In this document: one piece after another, positions 20,055 to 29,068 of the stretch
Position numbering within the stretch: the stretch's first letter is position 1
How the letters are laid out: each line of letters starts with the position of its first letter
NCBI GenBank assembly: GCA_964397425.1
Contig: CAYNID010000001.1
Location: forward strand, 205,085 to 269,084
DNA: 64,000 bases
Origin: an uncultured Fibrobacter sp.
GTDB lineage: Bacteria; Fibrobacterota; Fibrobacteria; Fibrobacterales; Fibrobacteraceae
Direction of reading: 5' to 3'
Position numbers and translations under genes: made by a program
The notes under the pieces: generated by a model
The model's input: the letters and a program-made list of their open reading frames with translations, nothing else
Told to the model about the DNA's origin: nothing
Database searches by the model: none

Positions 20055-20989
20055 AAACAATTTCTATCCGGCGATATTCTCCGCTAGATGAACCAATTTG
20101 GAATGAATTTGTCGCGAAGGCGCGCAATGGAAATTTTTTGTTCGATCGCCGTTACATGGATTATCACGCGGACCGTTTCCCGGACTGCTCTTTTCTTTTT
20201 TTCTGCGAAGAAAAATGTTGTGCGTTGATTCCCGGAACATTGGATGAATCGGGCGTTTTCAGCTCCCATGCGGGGCTTACATTTGGCGGATTTGTTTTAG
20301 AAAATTCCATGGGAGCCGCCGATGGGAAAATTTTATTCGAATTGCTTGACGCCGAACTGAAAAAACTGGGCGCGCGTCGGGTTGTCTATAAACCGCTGCC
20401 TTGGATTTATGCGGAACGGCCATCGCAAGAGGATATTTATTGGCTTTTCCGCAAAAAGGCCGTGTTGCGTTCCCGGCTGCTTTCCTGTGCGTTGAATCCC
20501 GTTAAAGACATTCCTTCCCCGCAAAAAAGACGGTATTTTCGAAAGGGAAAAAAGGAGCGACTGATTTTTGCCGAATCTGCGGATTGGGCCGGATTTCATG
20601 CGCTGTTGGAATCTTGTCTGCAATCAAGGCATGGGGCGCATCCTGTACATTCCTTCGAAGAATTGAAAATGCTCGCTTCGAAGTTTCCGCAAAACATCCG
20701 GCTTTTCACCGTTTCCCAAGGCGAAACCCTTTTGGCGGGAAGTGTTTTCTATGTTTCTGAAAAAGTGGCGCATGCGCAATATCTGGCAAGTTCTGCAACT
20801 GGGCGCGCATGCCATGCGATGGACTTTTTAATGTTGAATTTGATAGAAACTTTTTCGGAAAAAGTTTTTGTGGATTGGGGAACTTCAAACGAAAATGGCG
20901 GGTGGGTGTTGAACGAAGGCCTTATCCGCCAGAAAGAGGAATGTGCGGGGAGAGGTGTCACTTATGATATTTACGAGTATGAACTATGA
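20051..20989 (+). CDS. GNAT/FemAB-like acyltransferase associated with sugar biosynthesis
   Basis: W..FV..A.NG.FLF.R.YMDYH.DRF, SH.GLTFGG, HAQY, D.GTS.E..G..LN.GL..QKE. GTGA overlap with the upstream gene. Confidence 0.8.
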   Translation: MKTISIRRYSPLDEPIWNEFVAKARNGNFLFDRRYMDYHADRFPDCSFLFFCEEKCCALIPGTLDESGVFSSHAGLTFGGFVLENSMGAADGKILFELLDAELKKLGARRVVYKPLPWIYAERPSQEDIYWLFRKKAVLRSRLLSCALNPVKDIPSPQKRRYFRKGKKERLIFAESADWAGFHALLESCLQSRHGAHPVHSFEELKMLASKFPQNIRLFTVSQGETLLAGSVFYVSEKVAHAQYLASSATGRACHAMDFLMLNLIETFSEKVFVDWGTSNENGGWVLNEGLIRQKEECAGRGVTYDIYEYEL

Positions 20990-22251
20990 AATCTTCTGAA
21001 TTTTGGAAACAATCGGCTGGTTCTGCGTTAGTGACGGTTATTCGCGTGGTATGCGCTTTCGTCACCAATAAGTTCTTGGCAATGGTGGCGGGTCCCGTTG
21101 GATTTGCCGCTGTTGGGCAATTGCAAAATTTACTTTCGCTTGGACACGGGACATCTTCGCTCGCATTGCAAAATGGCTGGGTCAGTTTAACTTCCCGATA
21201 CCGGGATAACGAAAAAGAACTGGGCCCGATTTGGCGTGGAGGATTCCGCATAAGCGTTTACGCATCCATTGCGACATCGATTGGATTCGCTCTTTTCGCC
21301 TTGCTGGCTCCGCTGGAATCCATTTTCCCGTTGATGCCCAAACGCCTTGTGCAGGCGGCTTTGCTTTTTGCGATTCCCGGAATGCTCGCGTTGACATTGA
21401 ATGCAATTTGCCAGTCGGTGATGAACGGCCTTTCGAATTACAGGCGCTGGGCTGTCATCAATTCGGTGACATCTGTTTTGAACTGCGTTTGGGTCTTGAT
21501 GATGGTGCAAACGAAATCGTTGACCGTGTTGAGCGCCGTGGCGACGCAATCCATCGTTTCGTGTTTTTTCGCCCTTTGGAATGCGCATCGAGGAGGCTTC
21601 CGTTATAAGCGCTTTGGGGCAAAGCTTTCCGCCAATTTTCAACCTTGGCGCGGTTATGCGGTCATGGGGCTTGTTCCCATGATTCTTTCGCCCTCGGTTT
21701 TTATGTTTGTGCGGTCTTTTTTGGGAAAAAATTTTGGATGGGATGCCGCTGGATTTTGGCAGGGAGCCATGCGCATTTCGGACTTTTTTGCCGTGGCATT
21801 TTCTTCGATGTTGGGCGTTGTGCTGCTTCCGCGTCTTTCGGCAGCGATTTCTCGTGAAGATTTTTTTAAAACGCTTAAAAATCTGTTGCTTCGGGTGATG
21901 GCGATAGCCGCCGTTCTCGTTCTCGTTTTGTTTTTCCTTCGGAATTTTGTTGTCACACTTGTTCTGTCAGAGAAATTCTCGCCACTCGCCGCGTGGATTC
22001 CGGTTCAGTTCATCGGCGATTTCTTTAAAGTGGGCTGCTGGTGTTTGGGGTTGGCGTTGATAGCCCGGAAACAAACGTTGGCGTATGTTTCTTTGGAAGT
22101 TGGATCCAGTGTCCTGTTTTTTGTGTTGACTGTTTTGGGCGCTTCGGTTTGGGAATACCGTTCTCCATTTGTCGCCTATGCCATTGAAAATGCTCTGAGC
22201 TTTGTCGTCATGCTCTTTTGCGTGCGGAGGATTCCGTGGAAAAACCCGTAG
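20986..22251 (+). CDS. O-antigen/glycan flippase (WzxE-like)
   Basis: About 12 TM helices; K.LA...GP.G.A.VGQ.QN, AG.WQ..RIS, LPRLS, GDFFKV. Confidence 0.88.
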   Translation: MKSSEFWKQSAGSALVTVIRVVCAFVTNKFLAMVAGPVGFAAVGQLQNLLSLGHGTSSLALQNGWVSLTSRYRDNEKELGPIWRGGFRISVYASIATSIGFALFALLAPLESIFPLMPKRLVQAALLFAIPGMLALTLNAICQSVMNGLSNYRRWAVINSVTSVLNCVWVLMMVQTKSLTVLSAVATQSIVSCFFALWNAHRGGFRYKRFGAKLSANFQPWRGYAVMGLVPMILSPSVFMFVRSFLGKNFGWDAAGFWQGAMRISDFFAVAFSSMLGVVLLPRLSAAISREDFFKTLKNLLLRVMAIAAVLVLVLFFLRNFVVTLVLSEKFSPLAAWIPVQFIGDFFKVGCWCLGLALIARKQTLAYVSLEVGSSVLFFVLTVLGASVWEYRSPFVAYAIENALSFVVMLFCVRRIPWKNP

Positions 22252-23108
22252 TTTCTGTACTTTTGGCCAGTTACAATCACGAAAAGTATGTAGAAGAGGC
22301 TGTTCGGTCGGTGATGGCGCAAAAAGGCGTTCCGTTTGAATTGCTGGTGATTGACGATGGTTCAACAGATTCTAGTCCGCATTTGTTGGAAAAACTTTCA
22401 AAAGAATTTGGATTCCGGTACTGTCACCGGGAAAATCGGGGATTTGTCAATACGCTGAACGAATTGCTGTCAGAAGCTCAAGGTGAATTTTTTTGTACGT
22501 TCGCTTCGGATGATGTGATGGCGCCCGGGCGGTTGGCTATGCAAAGCGATTATTTGAAATCGCACCCCGAAAAAATAGCCTGCTTTGGAATGATTCAGCT
22601 GATGGATGAATCGGGGCATTTGGCGGACGCTCCGGATCCGCGATACACGCGGTCTGTTCCCGAAGTCACGTTCGAAGAGTTTTTTTTGGGAAAAAAGGAA
22701 TTACACGGTTGCTCGGAAATGATTCGCCGCATCGAATTTCAAAAAATGGGCGGTTATGATTCAAAGTACCCATTTGAAGATTTTCCGCTTTGGCTGAAAC
22801 TTTTGAAAAAGTATGGTTCGCTCCCCGTACTTCCCTGTGTTTGCACGCATTACCGCGTACATGGAAACAATATGTCGTCGGATGGACATTTGATGTATGG
22901 AACTTTTTTGAAGGTCATCGAAAGTTATCGAAACGAACCTTTGTTTCCGAGGGCGTGGAATATTTGGCGTTCGCATTGGTTTTCGAATTTGGCGTTCCAC
23001 AATAAAAAAGAGGCGCTTCGCCGATTGCCGCAGCTCGCCTCTTTTTCTCTCGCCTTTTTTCGCCGCTTTCCCAAACTGTTCATTCCGCGCCGTTTTTTAA
23101 AACGGTAA
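22236..23108 (+). CDS. Glycosyltransferase family 2
   Basis: VSV....YNHE.YV, IDDGSTD, ASDD, ED..LWL, YR.H..N.S. Confidence 0.92.
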   Translation: MEKPVVSVLLASYNHEKYVEEAVRSVMAQKGVPFELLVIDDGSTDSSPHLLEKLSKEFGFRYCHRENRGFVNTLNELLSEAQGEFFCTFASDDVMAPGRLAMQSDYLKSHPEKIACFGMIQLMDESGHLADAPDPRYTRSVPEVTFEEFFLGKKELHGCSEMIRRIEFQKMGGYDSKYPFEDFPLWLKLLKKYGSLPVLPCVCTHYRVHGNNMSSDGHLMYGTFLKVIESYRNEPLFPRAWNIWRSHWFSNLAFHNKKEALRRLPQLASFSLAFFRRFPKLFIPRRFLKR

Positions 23109-23118
23109 ATCCACGCCG

Positions 23119-23865
23119 TTAAAATTTTTTGAAAATTTTTTGGCAAGTTCCGCGGAATCCCAAAATCCGAAGGTTCGTCCAAAGGGAGAGCGCATAAGCC
23201 AATAGGGAGGATGCGGGCCGTGGAAAATGTCTGTAAATCCATTGGCGGCGTAGAATGGATTTTTGTAGTAGTTTCGGTCGCCACGAACTTGAAAAGTGAT
23301 GAATGCAAAAAGTTGAATCTGTCGTGCGAATGGAACCGTCCGTAAAGCTTTTGGGCGAAAAAATGCTTTCGTCAAAAATTTCGAGATTCCAGTTTCGAAA
23401 GGATTCCCGGAGAATGTGGGGAATGACGAGAAAATCCACCTGGTGCTCGTTATAATCGAAAGGATGGCTTTGATAGAAATGGAGCGCATCTCGGATGGCA
23501 GGAAACCCGGCTTTGGCTCCGAATACGGCAGCTTCAATCCGATCAGATCCGTTTTCATAACCAAAAAAGTAATCCCGTTCCAGAAGAGGGTCAAAATTTT
23601 TCAGAACTTCAACATCGGAATCCAAATAAATTCCACCCTCTGTATAAATTGCGTACAAACGAACGGCGTCGGCTGCGAAAGCCCACCGCTTTTCTTCCAA
23701 AGCTTTGTCAATCCACGGAATATGGGCGGCTTTGGCGCGTTTGGAATCCCAGAGAATAAGTTCGTATCGGGGAAGAAAACGCTTCCAGCTGTCAATGCAT
23801 GTTTTGACTGTTTCGGGATAAGGCTCTTCTGAAAACCAGCAAAAGTGAATTTTCCGGGGAATCAT
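23119..23865 (-). CDS. Glycosyltransferase family 32 (DXD sugar-binding)
   Basis: MIPRKIHFCWF, DAVRL..IY.EGGIYLDSD, HHF..SW. ATGA overlap with the upstream GT2. Confidence 0.92.
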   Translation of the reverse strand: MIPRKIHFCWFSEEPYPETVKTCIDSWKRFLPRYELILWDSKRAKAAHIPWIDKALEEKRWAFAADAVRLYAIYTEGGIYLDSDVEVLKNFDPLLERDYFFGYENGSDRIEAAVFGAKAGFPAIRDALHFYQSHPFDYNEHQVDFLVIPHILRESFRNWNLEIFDESIFSPKSFTDGSIRTTDSTFCIHHFSSSWRPKLLQKSILRRQWIYRHFPRPASSLLAYALSLWTNLRILGFRGTCQKIFKKF

Positions 23866-24815
23866 CCAAACCTCCGCAGCAAATGGGGGAGAACGCGTTT
23901 TCCGCACAGGGATAACAGGGCGGCCACCTTGTTCCGCATTCGATTTTTCGGGCTGAAAAGCGCCTGAATGCGCCATTCCCGAATCCATTTGAAGGCGCGT
24001 TCTCGGACAGCGGTAAATTCGGGCTTTTCTGGAGTACGCATGAGAATGCTGAAACTGGCGCTGAAAAGCAAACTTTCCGCCGCTTTGCGCACAGCGGGGG
24101 AAAAGGATTTGAAATAAGCGTAGTTCTTTTCTGCGATGTCGAGCAATTCTGTTTTTTTCAAATCATAATCAGAACGGAGAATGCTGCCGGAACGGGTTCT
24201 GTAACCGTAAAGGGGAGCGGGGTAAACGCCGACGGCTTCTGTTTTCGCGAAAAGCCTGGGAATGGTCGCCATGTCTTCAAAAAAAATGCCACAGGGAAAC
24301 GCAATGTCTTCCCAAAGGGATTTGTGGTAAAGTTTGTTCCAGGCGGAAAAATCGGGAATTTCCTTTTGATAAAAAGCCCGGACGAGCGCGTCTTCGCTAG
24401 AAATTTTGAAAGGCTTCGCATTTTTCGCAAACGATTTTGGCGGCAGATCTTGAAATGTTTGCTTTCCTGAAACGGCTATGGGAACGCAAAAATGTTCTGC
24501 GGTCAAATGCAGGGATTTCAAAAAAGTAGGTGAAATGACATCATCGCTGTCGACAAACGTTATCCAATTGCCTGTTGAAACTTTTAAACCGAAGTTCCGG
24601 GCGGCGGAAAGTCCGGCATTCTCTTGAGAAAAAACGGTGAATCGGGAATCTTGTCTTGCGAAATTCTGTAAAACGGTTAAACTTTGATCTGTGCTGCCAT
24701 CGTTGATGAGAATGACTTCGAAATCGCGAAAATCTTGCCGTTGAATGCTTTCAAGACAAGATACGAGATAAGGTTCCGTGTTGAATACCGGAACAATGAC
24801 GCTAATTTCCGGCAT
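23862..24815 (-). CDS. Glycosyltransferase family 2
   Basis: ISVIVPVFN, INDGSTD, N.GLSAARN.G, FVDSDD, WNKLY, ED. Confidence 0.93.
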   Translation of the reverse strand: MPEISVIVPVFNTEPYLVSCLESIQRQDFRDFEVILINDGSTDQSLTVLQNFARQDSRFTVFSQENAGLSAARNFGLKVSTGNWITFVDSDDVISPTFLKSLHLTAEHFCVPIAVSGKQTFQDLPPKSFAKNAKPFKISSEDALVRAFYQKEIPDFSAWNKLYHKSLWEDIAFPCGIFFEDMATIPRLFAKTEAVGVYPAPLYGYRTRSGSILRSDYDLKKTELLDIAEKNYAYFKSFSPAVRKAAESLLFSASFSILMRTPEKPEFTAVRERAFKWIREWRIQALFSPKNRMRNKVAALLSLCGKRVLPHLLRRFG

Positions 24816-25281
24816 GGGAGTTTGGGGACGAAATATTTCCCCAGGCCATTTGGACAAAGGCTCCGGCCCGCACTAAATTCGCCTGGGCTTCTTCGTAATC
24901 TTTTAAAATTTTGTTGAAAGCGAAAACATCGCGTTTTTGAGTTTTTTCTAGAATGCCTTGTTTGAATTCCGCGACTTTTGCCAGTTTGTCGCAGGACTCG
25001 GCCAGCGCGTCGACATAAGCGGGGATGGCTTCGAGAAACGTTTTTTCATCGTCAATTGCCGTTGCTTGGTTTTCGCGGATAAATTTTTTTTGAAGAAGGG
25101 CGTTTTGCCTGACTTCTCCCATGAACCGAACGATACGGACAAAGTCCACTTGCGGAAAGATAAGGCTAAATGGCGGAATTTTTTTCCAACTGAATTTGAA
25201 CATGGACTCGTGAGCCGCATTTTTCGCTTTGATCAGTTCTTTCAGGTTTTCGAAAACCGCTTCGGAAAGCCTTTTTTGCAT
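24802..25281 (-). CDS. Hypothetical helical protein
   Basis: 159-aa ORF heading the reverse-strand GT operon. No recognised motif. Confidence 0.65.
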   Translation of the reverse strand: MQKRLSEAVFENLKELIKAKNAAHESMFKFSWKKIPPFSLIFPQVDFVRIVRFMGEVRQNALLQKKFIRENQATAIDDEKTFLEAIPAYVDALAESCDKLAKVAEFKQGILEKTQKRDVFAFNKILKDYEEAQANLVRAGAFVQMAWGNISSPNSHAGN

Positions 25282-25388
25282 TTTTTTACCTTTTCTGTTT
25301 GTGGAAAATATACATTTATAGCCACGACAATTTTTAAAAATTCATTTTAAAAGTTGTCCTTGTTTTTTCTCGAGGAGAATCATAGACA

Positions 25389-25856
25389 ATGAACCCCAAA
25401 AAGATGAAGTTGATTCTGGCGGTCTCTGTTTTATTGAACGCGATGCTTGTGGTCATCATGCTCGTTTGCAAGGATGGTTACAATGCCCAGGCGCAAGAGT
25501 CCTATAAAACGGCGACAACCGTGTACACGAAATCTGTGAAAAGTGTCTTGAATGCGCAAAATGCGTTCATTCAGGGGAGCAATGCCGTTTGGCAAATCGC
25601 TTTTGAAACATCGGCGAAAAATCTTTCCCGAAAAGATTTCGATGCCCGTGTCGCGGCTTTGGATTCGGCTAAAATTTTGAATCCGCAAGAGGATGGCAAC
25701 GTGACGACGCTTTCCTGTGGAGACGGCTGCAGCGTTCCTTTCACTTTTAAAAACGGCAAATTCGTTTCTGTTGACACCAAGGCGCTTTCGTCGGTGTCCG
25801 CTTCGGAAAAATTCCAGGTTGCCGCACCCGCTCCATTTGAATTCAATGCAAAATAA
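25389..25856 (+). CDS. Hypothetical membrane-anchored protein (paralog A)
   Basis: SD AGGAG; N-terminal hydrophobic helix; similar to the downstream ORF. Confidence 0.8.
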   Translation: MNPKKMKLILAVSVLLNAMLVVIMLVCKDGYNAQAQESYKTATTVYTKSVKSVLNAQNAFIQGSNAVWQIAFETSAKNLSRKDFDARVAALDSAKILNPQEDGNVTTLSCGDGCSVPFTFKNGKFVSVDTKALSSVSASEKFQVAAPAPFEFNAK

Positions 25857-25865
25857 GGAGGAACG

Positions 25866-26348
25866 ATGAAGATTAAACATTGCATGATAGCTTCCCTCGC
25901 TTTGAATGTCGCTTTGACTGGACTTGTGCTGATGCAAAAGGGCAATTATGCCTCTCAAGCGGAAGAAGCTTACCGTAAAACGACGGACAAGTATTATTCC
26001 GATGGGAAAAATGCGGTTCAAGGGCAAAATGCAGTCATTGAAAACAATGCAATTCTCTGGAATCTGGCTGTAACCGCAAATCAACAGGCAAAAAATTCCA
26101 AGGATTTTGCAACGATTGAAAAGAACATTTCCCAAGGCACTTCGATTTCGGCAAAAGTTTCCGGCACTCCCGATGGAAAGGGAAAACTCCGCACGGTTTC
26201 GTGGAACAGTGATTATTACATTGTCGCAAGCTTTGACTCGGATAATCGCTTGACGGGAATCGATGTGAACGCACTGTTGGGCAAAGGCCCGACTCTTGCC
26301 GAAGAACCCCTAGAAGAAGACGCTTCGGAAGAATTTTCTGAAGAATGA
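25866..26348 (+). CDS. Hypothetical membrane-anchored protein (paralog B)
   Basis: SD AAGGAGG; shares S..LN, K..Y..QA.E.Y, QNA.I, W..A and KDF with paralog A; acidic tail. Confidence 0.8.
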   Translation: MKIKHCMIASLALNVALTGLVLMQKGNYASQAEEAYRKTTDKYYSDGKNAVQGQNAVIENNAILWNLAVTANQQAKNSKDFATIEKNISQGTSISAKVSGTPDGKGKLRTVSWNSDYYIVASFDSDNRLTGIDVNALLGKGPTLAEEPLEEDASEEFSEE

Positions 26349-26365
26349 TTTTTTGCGTTGAATAA

Positions 26366-26400
26366 GGACGGACGGCGAACTAGCTGTCCGTTTTTGTTTT
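26366..26400 (+). terminator. Intrinsic terminator
   Basis: GGACGGACGGC-GAACTA-GCTGTCCGTTT followed by a T-rich tract, between convergent genes. Confidence 0.65.
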
Positions 26401-26409
26401 AAAGAATGT

Positions 26410-27525
26410 TCAATCTTTCTGGTAAACGCGCAGTCCGAAGATGGAGAGCATGCCCATCAGATGGTCGACAATGTCGGAGGCGAAAGTCTCGTAACGCGCC
26501 CAGTCCGTGATTTTGGAAAACAGATAAACTTCAAGGGGAATGCCTTGCCCATTGGAGGGGAGTTCCCTGGCGAAAAGGGTCATTTGGGAATCGGCGTTGT
26601 CTAAGGAGCTGAGGTATTTCGACGCGTAACGGCGGAAGGCTTGGATGTTGACCGGCCTTTTAGAATCAAAAAGATCCTTTTCGCTGCAGATTTTCTTGAC
26701 TTCGGGATCGTTCAAAATGGCGGTTTGCTTGTCTTTGGAAAGATGTCCAAGGGTTCTTCCATCAATGAGAATCGTCCGCTGTATCCGCCGCCTTCCGGAA
26801 TCCCGCATCAAACGCCAGTTTTTATAGGTTGTTGAAACTAGGGCGTATGTGGGGAATACGCTGTTGGTGTTGTCCCAGTTGCGGACGCGGATATGGGTAA
26901 GGGAAACGGCTTCGACGCTGCCGTTGATGCCTTCTTTGGGAATTTCAATCCAGTCTCCGGTGCGGACTAAATCCAAGGCGGCGATTTGAATTCCGGCGAC
27001 AAATCCTAAGATGGAATCTTTAAAAACCAACATGAATACAGCGGCAAGGGCGCCTAATCCAGAAAGTAAAATGATGGGGCTTTTGCCGACAAGTTGGGAA
27101 ACGATAAGGATGGCGCTGATAAGGAATCCCACGAGGAGAGCCGCTTGGCGAACGCCTTGAATGGGAATCCCCTGTTTTTTGGAATTGAGGAGGATGGTGT
27201 CGGCGACAGCGCGGAGGATGGCGTCGTAAACGAAATAGCTGATGATGACAAGGTAAATGTTGTTGAAAATCATCAACAGTTGAAGAAGTTCGGGCGAGTG
27301 CGAAAGTGCGTGGGGCAAACCGGTGTAAAGGATAATCGCCGGAACGACATGGGTGAAACGTTCCACTGCTTTGTGGGCGACAAGCATGTCGTCGAATTTT
27401 CCCTTTGTCTTTTTTGCAATCCGTTTGAAAATCGGAAGAAACAGGTAGCGGGTGATGCACAGGGCAGCCGTGGCTACAAGAAAAAGAAGAAACAGGTAAC
27501 GGTATTTTTCCAACAGTTCAAGCAT
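26410..27525 (-). CDS. Small-conductance mechanosensitive channel (MscS/YbdG-like)
   Basis: SGLGA..AV..LVFKDSILGFVAGIQ, GDWI, VRNWDNT, NW..M..SG.RRI.R. Confidence 0.92.
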   Translation of the reverse strand: MLELLEKYRYLFLLFLVATAALCITRYLFLPIFKRIAKKTKGKFDDMLVAHKAVERFTHVVPAIILYTGLPHALSHSPELLQLLMIFNNIYLVIISYFVYDAILRAVADTILLNSKKQGIPIQGVRQAALLVGFLISAILIVSQLVGKSPIILLSGLGALAAVFMLVFKDSILGFVAGIQIAALDLVRTGDWIEIPKEGINGSVEAVSLTHIRVRNWDNTNSVFPTYALVSTTYKNWRLMRDSGRRRIQRTILIDGRTLGHLSKDKQTAILNDPEVKKICSEKDLFDSKRPVNIQAFRRYASKYLSSLDNADSQMTLFARELPSNGQGIPLEVYLFSKITDWARYETFASDIVDHLMGMLSIFGLRVYQKD

Positions 27526-27634
27526 GATTTCAAAGTAAAAAAATAAAAGAGGCGCTGTTTTGCCGTTCGTTCGGAATGGGCTTTTGAGGTCGCAAACAAA
27601 AAACGGTCAGAGAATTTCTATCTTGCCTCCATAT

Positions 27635-29068
27635 ATGGATTTCAAGAATATTCCTTTTTTTAACCGCGTTAAAAATTCGTGGCACAGGCTTTGTTCAAAA
27701 GTTCCACTTCCGAAGTGGTTCAAAATGCTGCTGAAAGAAATCGTGATTCCCATTTTTTGCGCCTTGATAGTCATTCAATATGTGATTCAGGCTTTTCAGA
27801 TTCCGAGTGGATCGATGGAAGACACGTTGAAAACGGGCGATTTTATTCTGGGGTTAAAATTCACCTACGGCTCACCGGTTCCGTTTTCCCGCTCCAAGTT
27901 CCCAGGCCTTACAGAACCGAAATCCGGGGACGTTGTCATTTTCCGCTATCCGGGTGATCCCGCTTATCCGGATTACGATTACGAACGTTACACGCATCTG
28001 GCGGATGCGTTGATGTTTGGGAATTTTTATTGGGACAAAAATCCTCTGGAAGGGAATCCGCATCTTGTCCATTATGCGGATGGCCCCAAAGATTACATCA
28101 AAAGGTGCGTCGCCGTTTCTGGCGATACGGTAGAAGTGCGAAAGGGAATTCTGTACAAAAACGGAAAAGAATTGCGCGAAATTCCCGGAAAAGGAAAATA
28201 CTCTGCTTATTCCCGGACGGCGATTGCGCGCGATTCCTTAAATGCTGTGCGGATTCCTGCTCCGGGGGACGTCATAGATCTTTCGAAATGGAATCTTTCG
28301 ATGCTTTGGTGGATTCGTTCCCTGATGGTTCAGGAAACTCCAGAAGACAAAGTGGAACTGGAATTGAAACTGTTCAAGGACTCCGTTGAAGTTCCCCATT
28401 ACACATTCCAAGGGTTCCGGGTTCCGGCGGAAAACGACCGCGGCGACTTGTTGCAAGAACTTTTTTCACATGACAAGATGACCGTATACCGCGGCGAAGA
28501 TACGTTGGACTTCGATTTCCGAATGCAAAGCCTTTTGGTCAGTCGCCCTGGCGAAAAATTCGTTGCGCTTCCGACGTTTGAAAATTCGCGGATTTATCCG
28601 AAAGATGTGGTGTGCGGATTTGTCGATTTTTCCTTCTTTGCCGAAAAGGCGCGGACTGGATTCATTCCCCGTTTGAATCCGGACAGCGTTTATTCGGGGT
28701 GGATGCGGCCCGTCAGCTACACTTATTTCGAAGGCGCGCAGCTGGAAGATTTGGAACGTTATGTGGCGGAAGATTCTTCTTTGTCGCTCAAGGCGCGCTT
28801 GCTTGTGAACGGCGAACCGGTTTCCCATTATACGGTCAAGTATCCGGTGTATTTTATGATGGGCGACAATCGGGACCAGTCGGCAGACAGCCGTTATTGG
28901 GGATTCGTTTCCAAAAGGAATGTGAAGGCGAAGGCTTTCGTCGTCTACTTCTCGTTTGAAAACGCCGATGGTGAATTTTCGTTTGGAAATCCCTTGTCGT
29001 GGGCAAAAATTCCGTTTAAAATCCGCTGGTCGCGTATTGGCAAAATCATTCACATGATTGGAGAATGA
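27635..29068 (+). CDS. lepB: Signal peptidase I
   Basis: Box B IPSGSME.TL..GD, box D YIKRCVA..GD, box E YFMMGDNR..SADSRYWGFV, with a long insertion between D and E. Confidence 0.93.
   Translation: MDFKNIPFFNRVKNSWHRLCSKVPLPKWFKMLLKEIVIPIFCALIVIQYVIQAFQIPSGSMEDTLKTGDFILGLKFTYGSPVPFSRSKFPGLTEPKSGDVVIFRYPGDPAYPDYDYERYTHLADALMFGNFYWDKNPLEGNPHLVHYADGPKDYIKRCVAVSGDTVEVRKGILYKNGKELREIPGKGKYSAYSRTAIARDSLNAVRIPAPGDVIDLSKWNLSMLWWIRSLMVQETPEDKVELELKLFKDSVEVPHYTFQGFRVPAENDRGDLLQELFSHDKMTVYRGEDTLDFDFRMQSLLVSRPGEKFVALPTFENSRIYPKDVVCGFVDFSFFAEKARTGFIPRLNPDSVYSGWMRPVSYTYFEGAQLEDLERYVAEDSSLSLKARLLVNGEPVSHYTVKYPVYFMMGDNRDQSADSRYWGFVSKRNVKAKAFVVYFSFENADGEFSFGNPLSWAKIPFKIRWSRIGKIIHMIGE

Noticed and set aside
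28140-28840. Long LepB insertion as an intein or novel domain
   Set aside because: No intein terminal motifs; long box D-E insertions are common in FCB-group signal peptidases.
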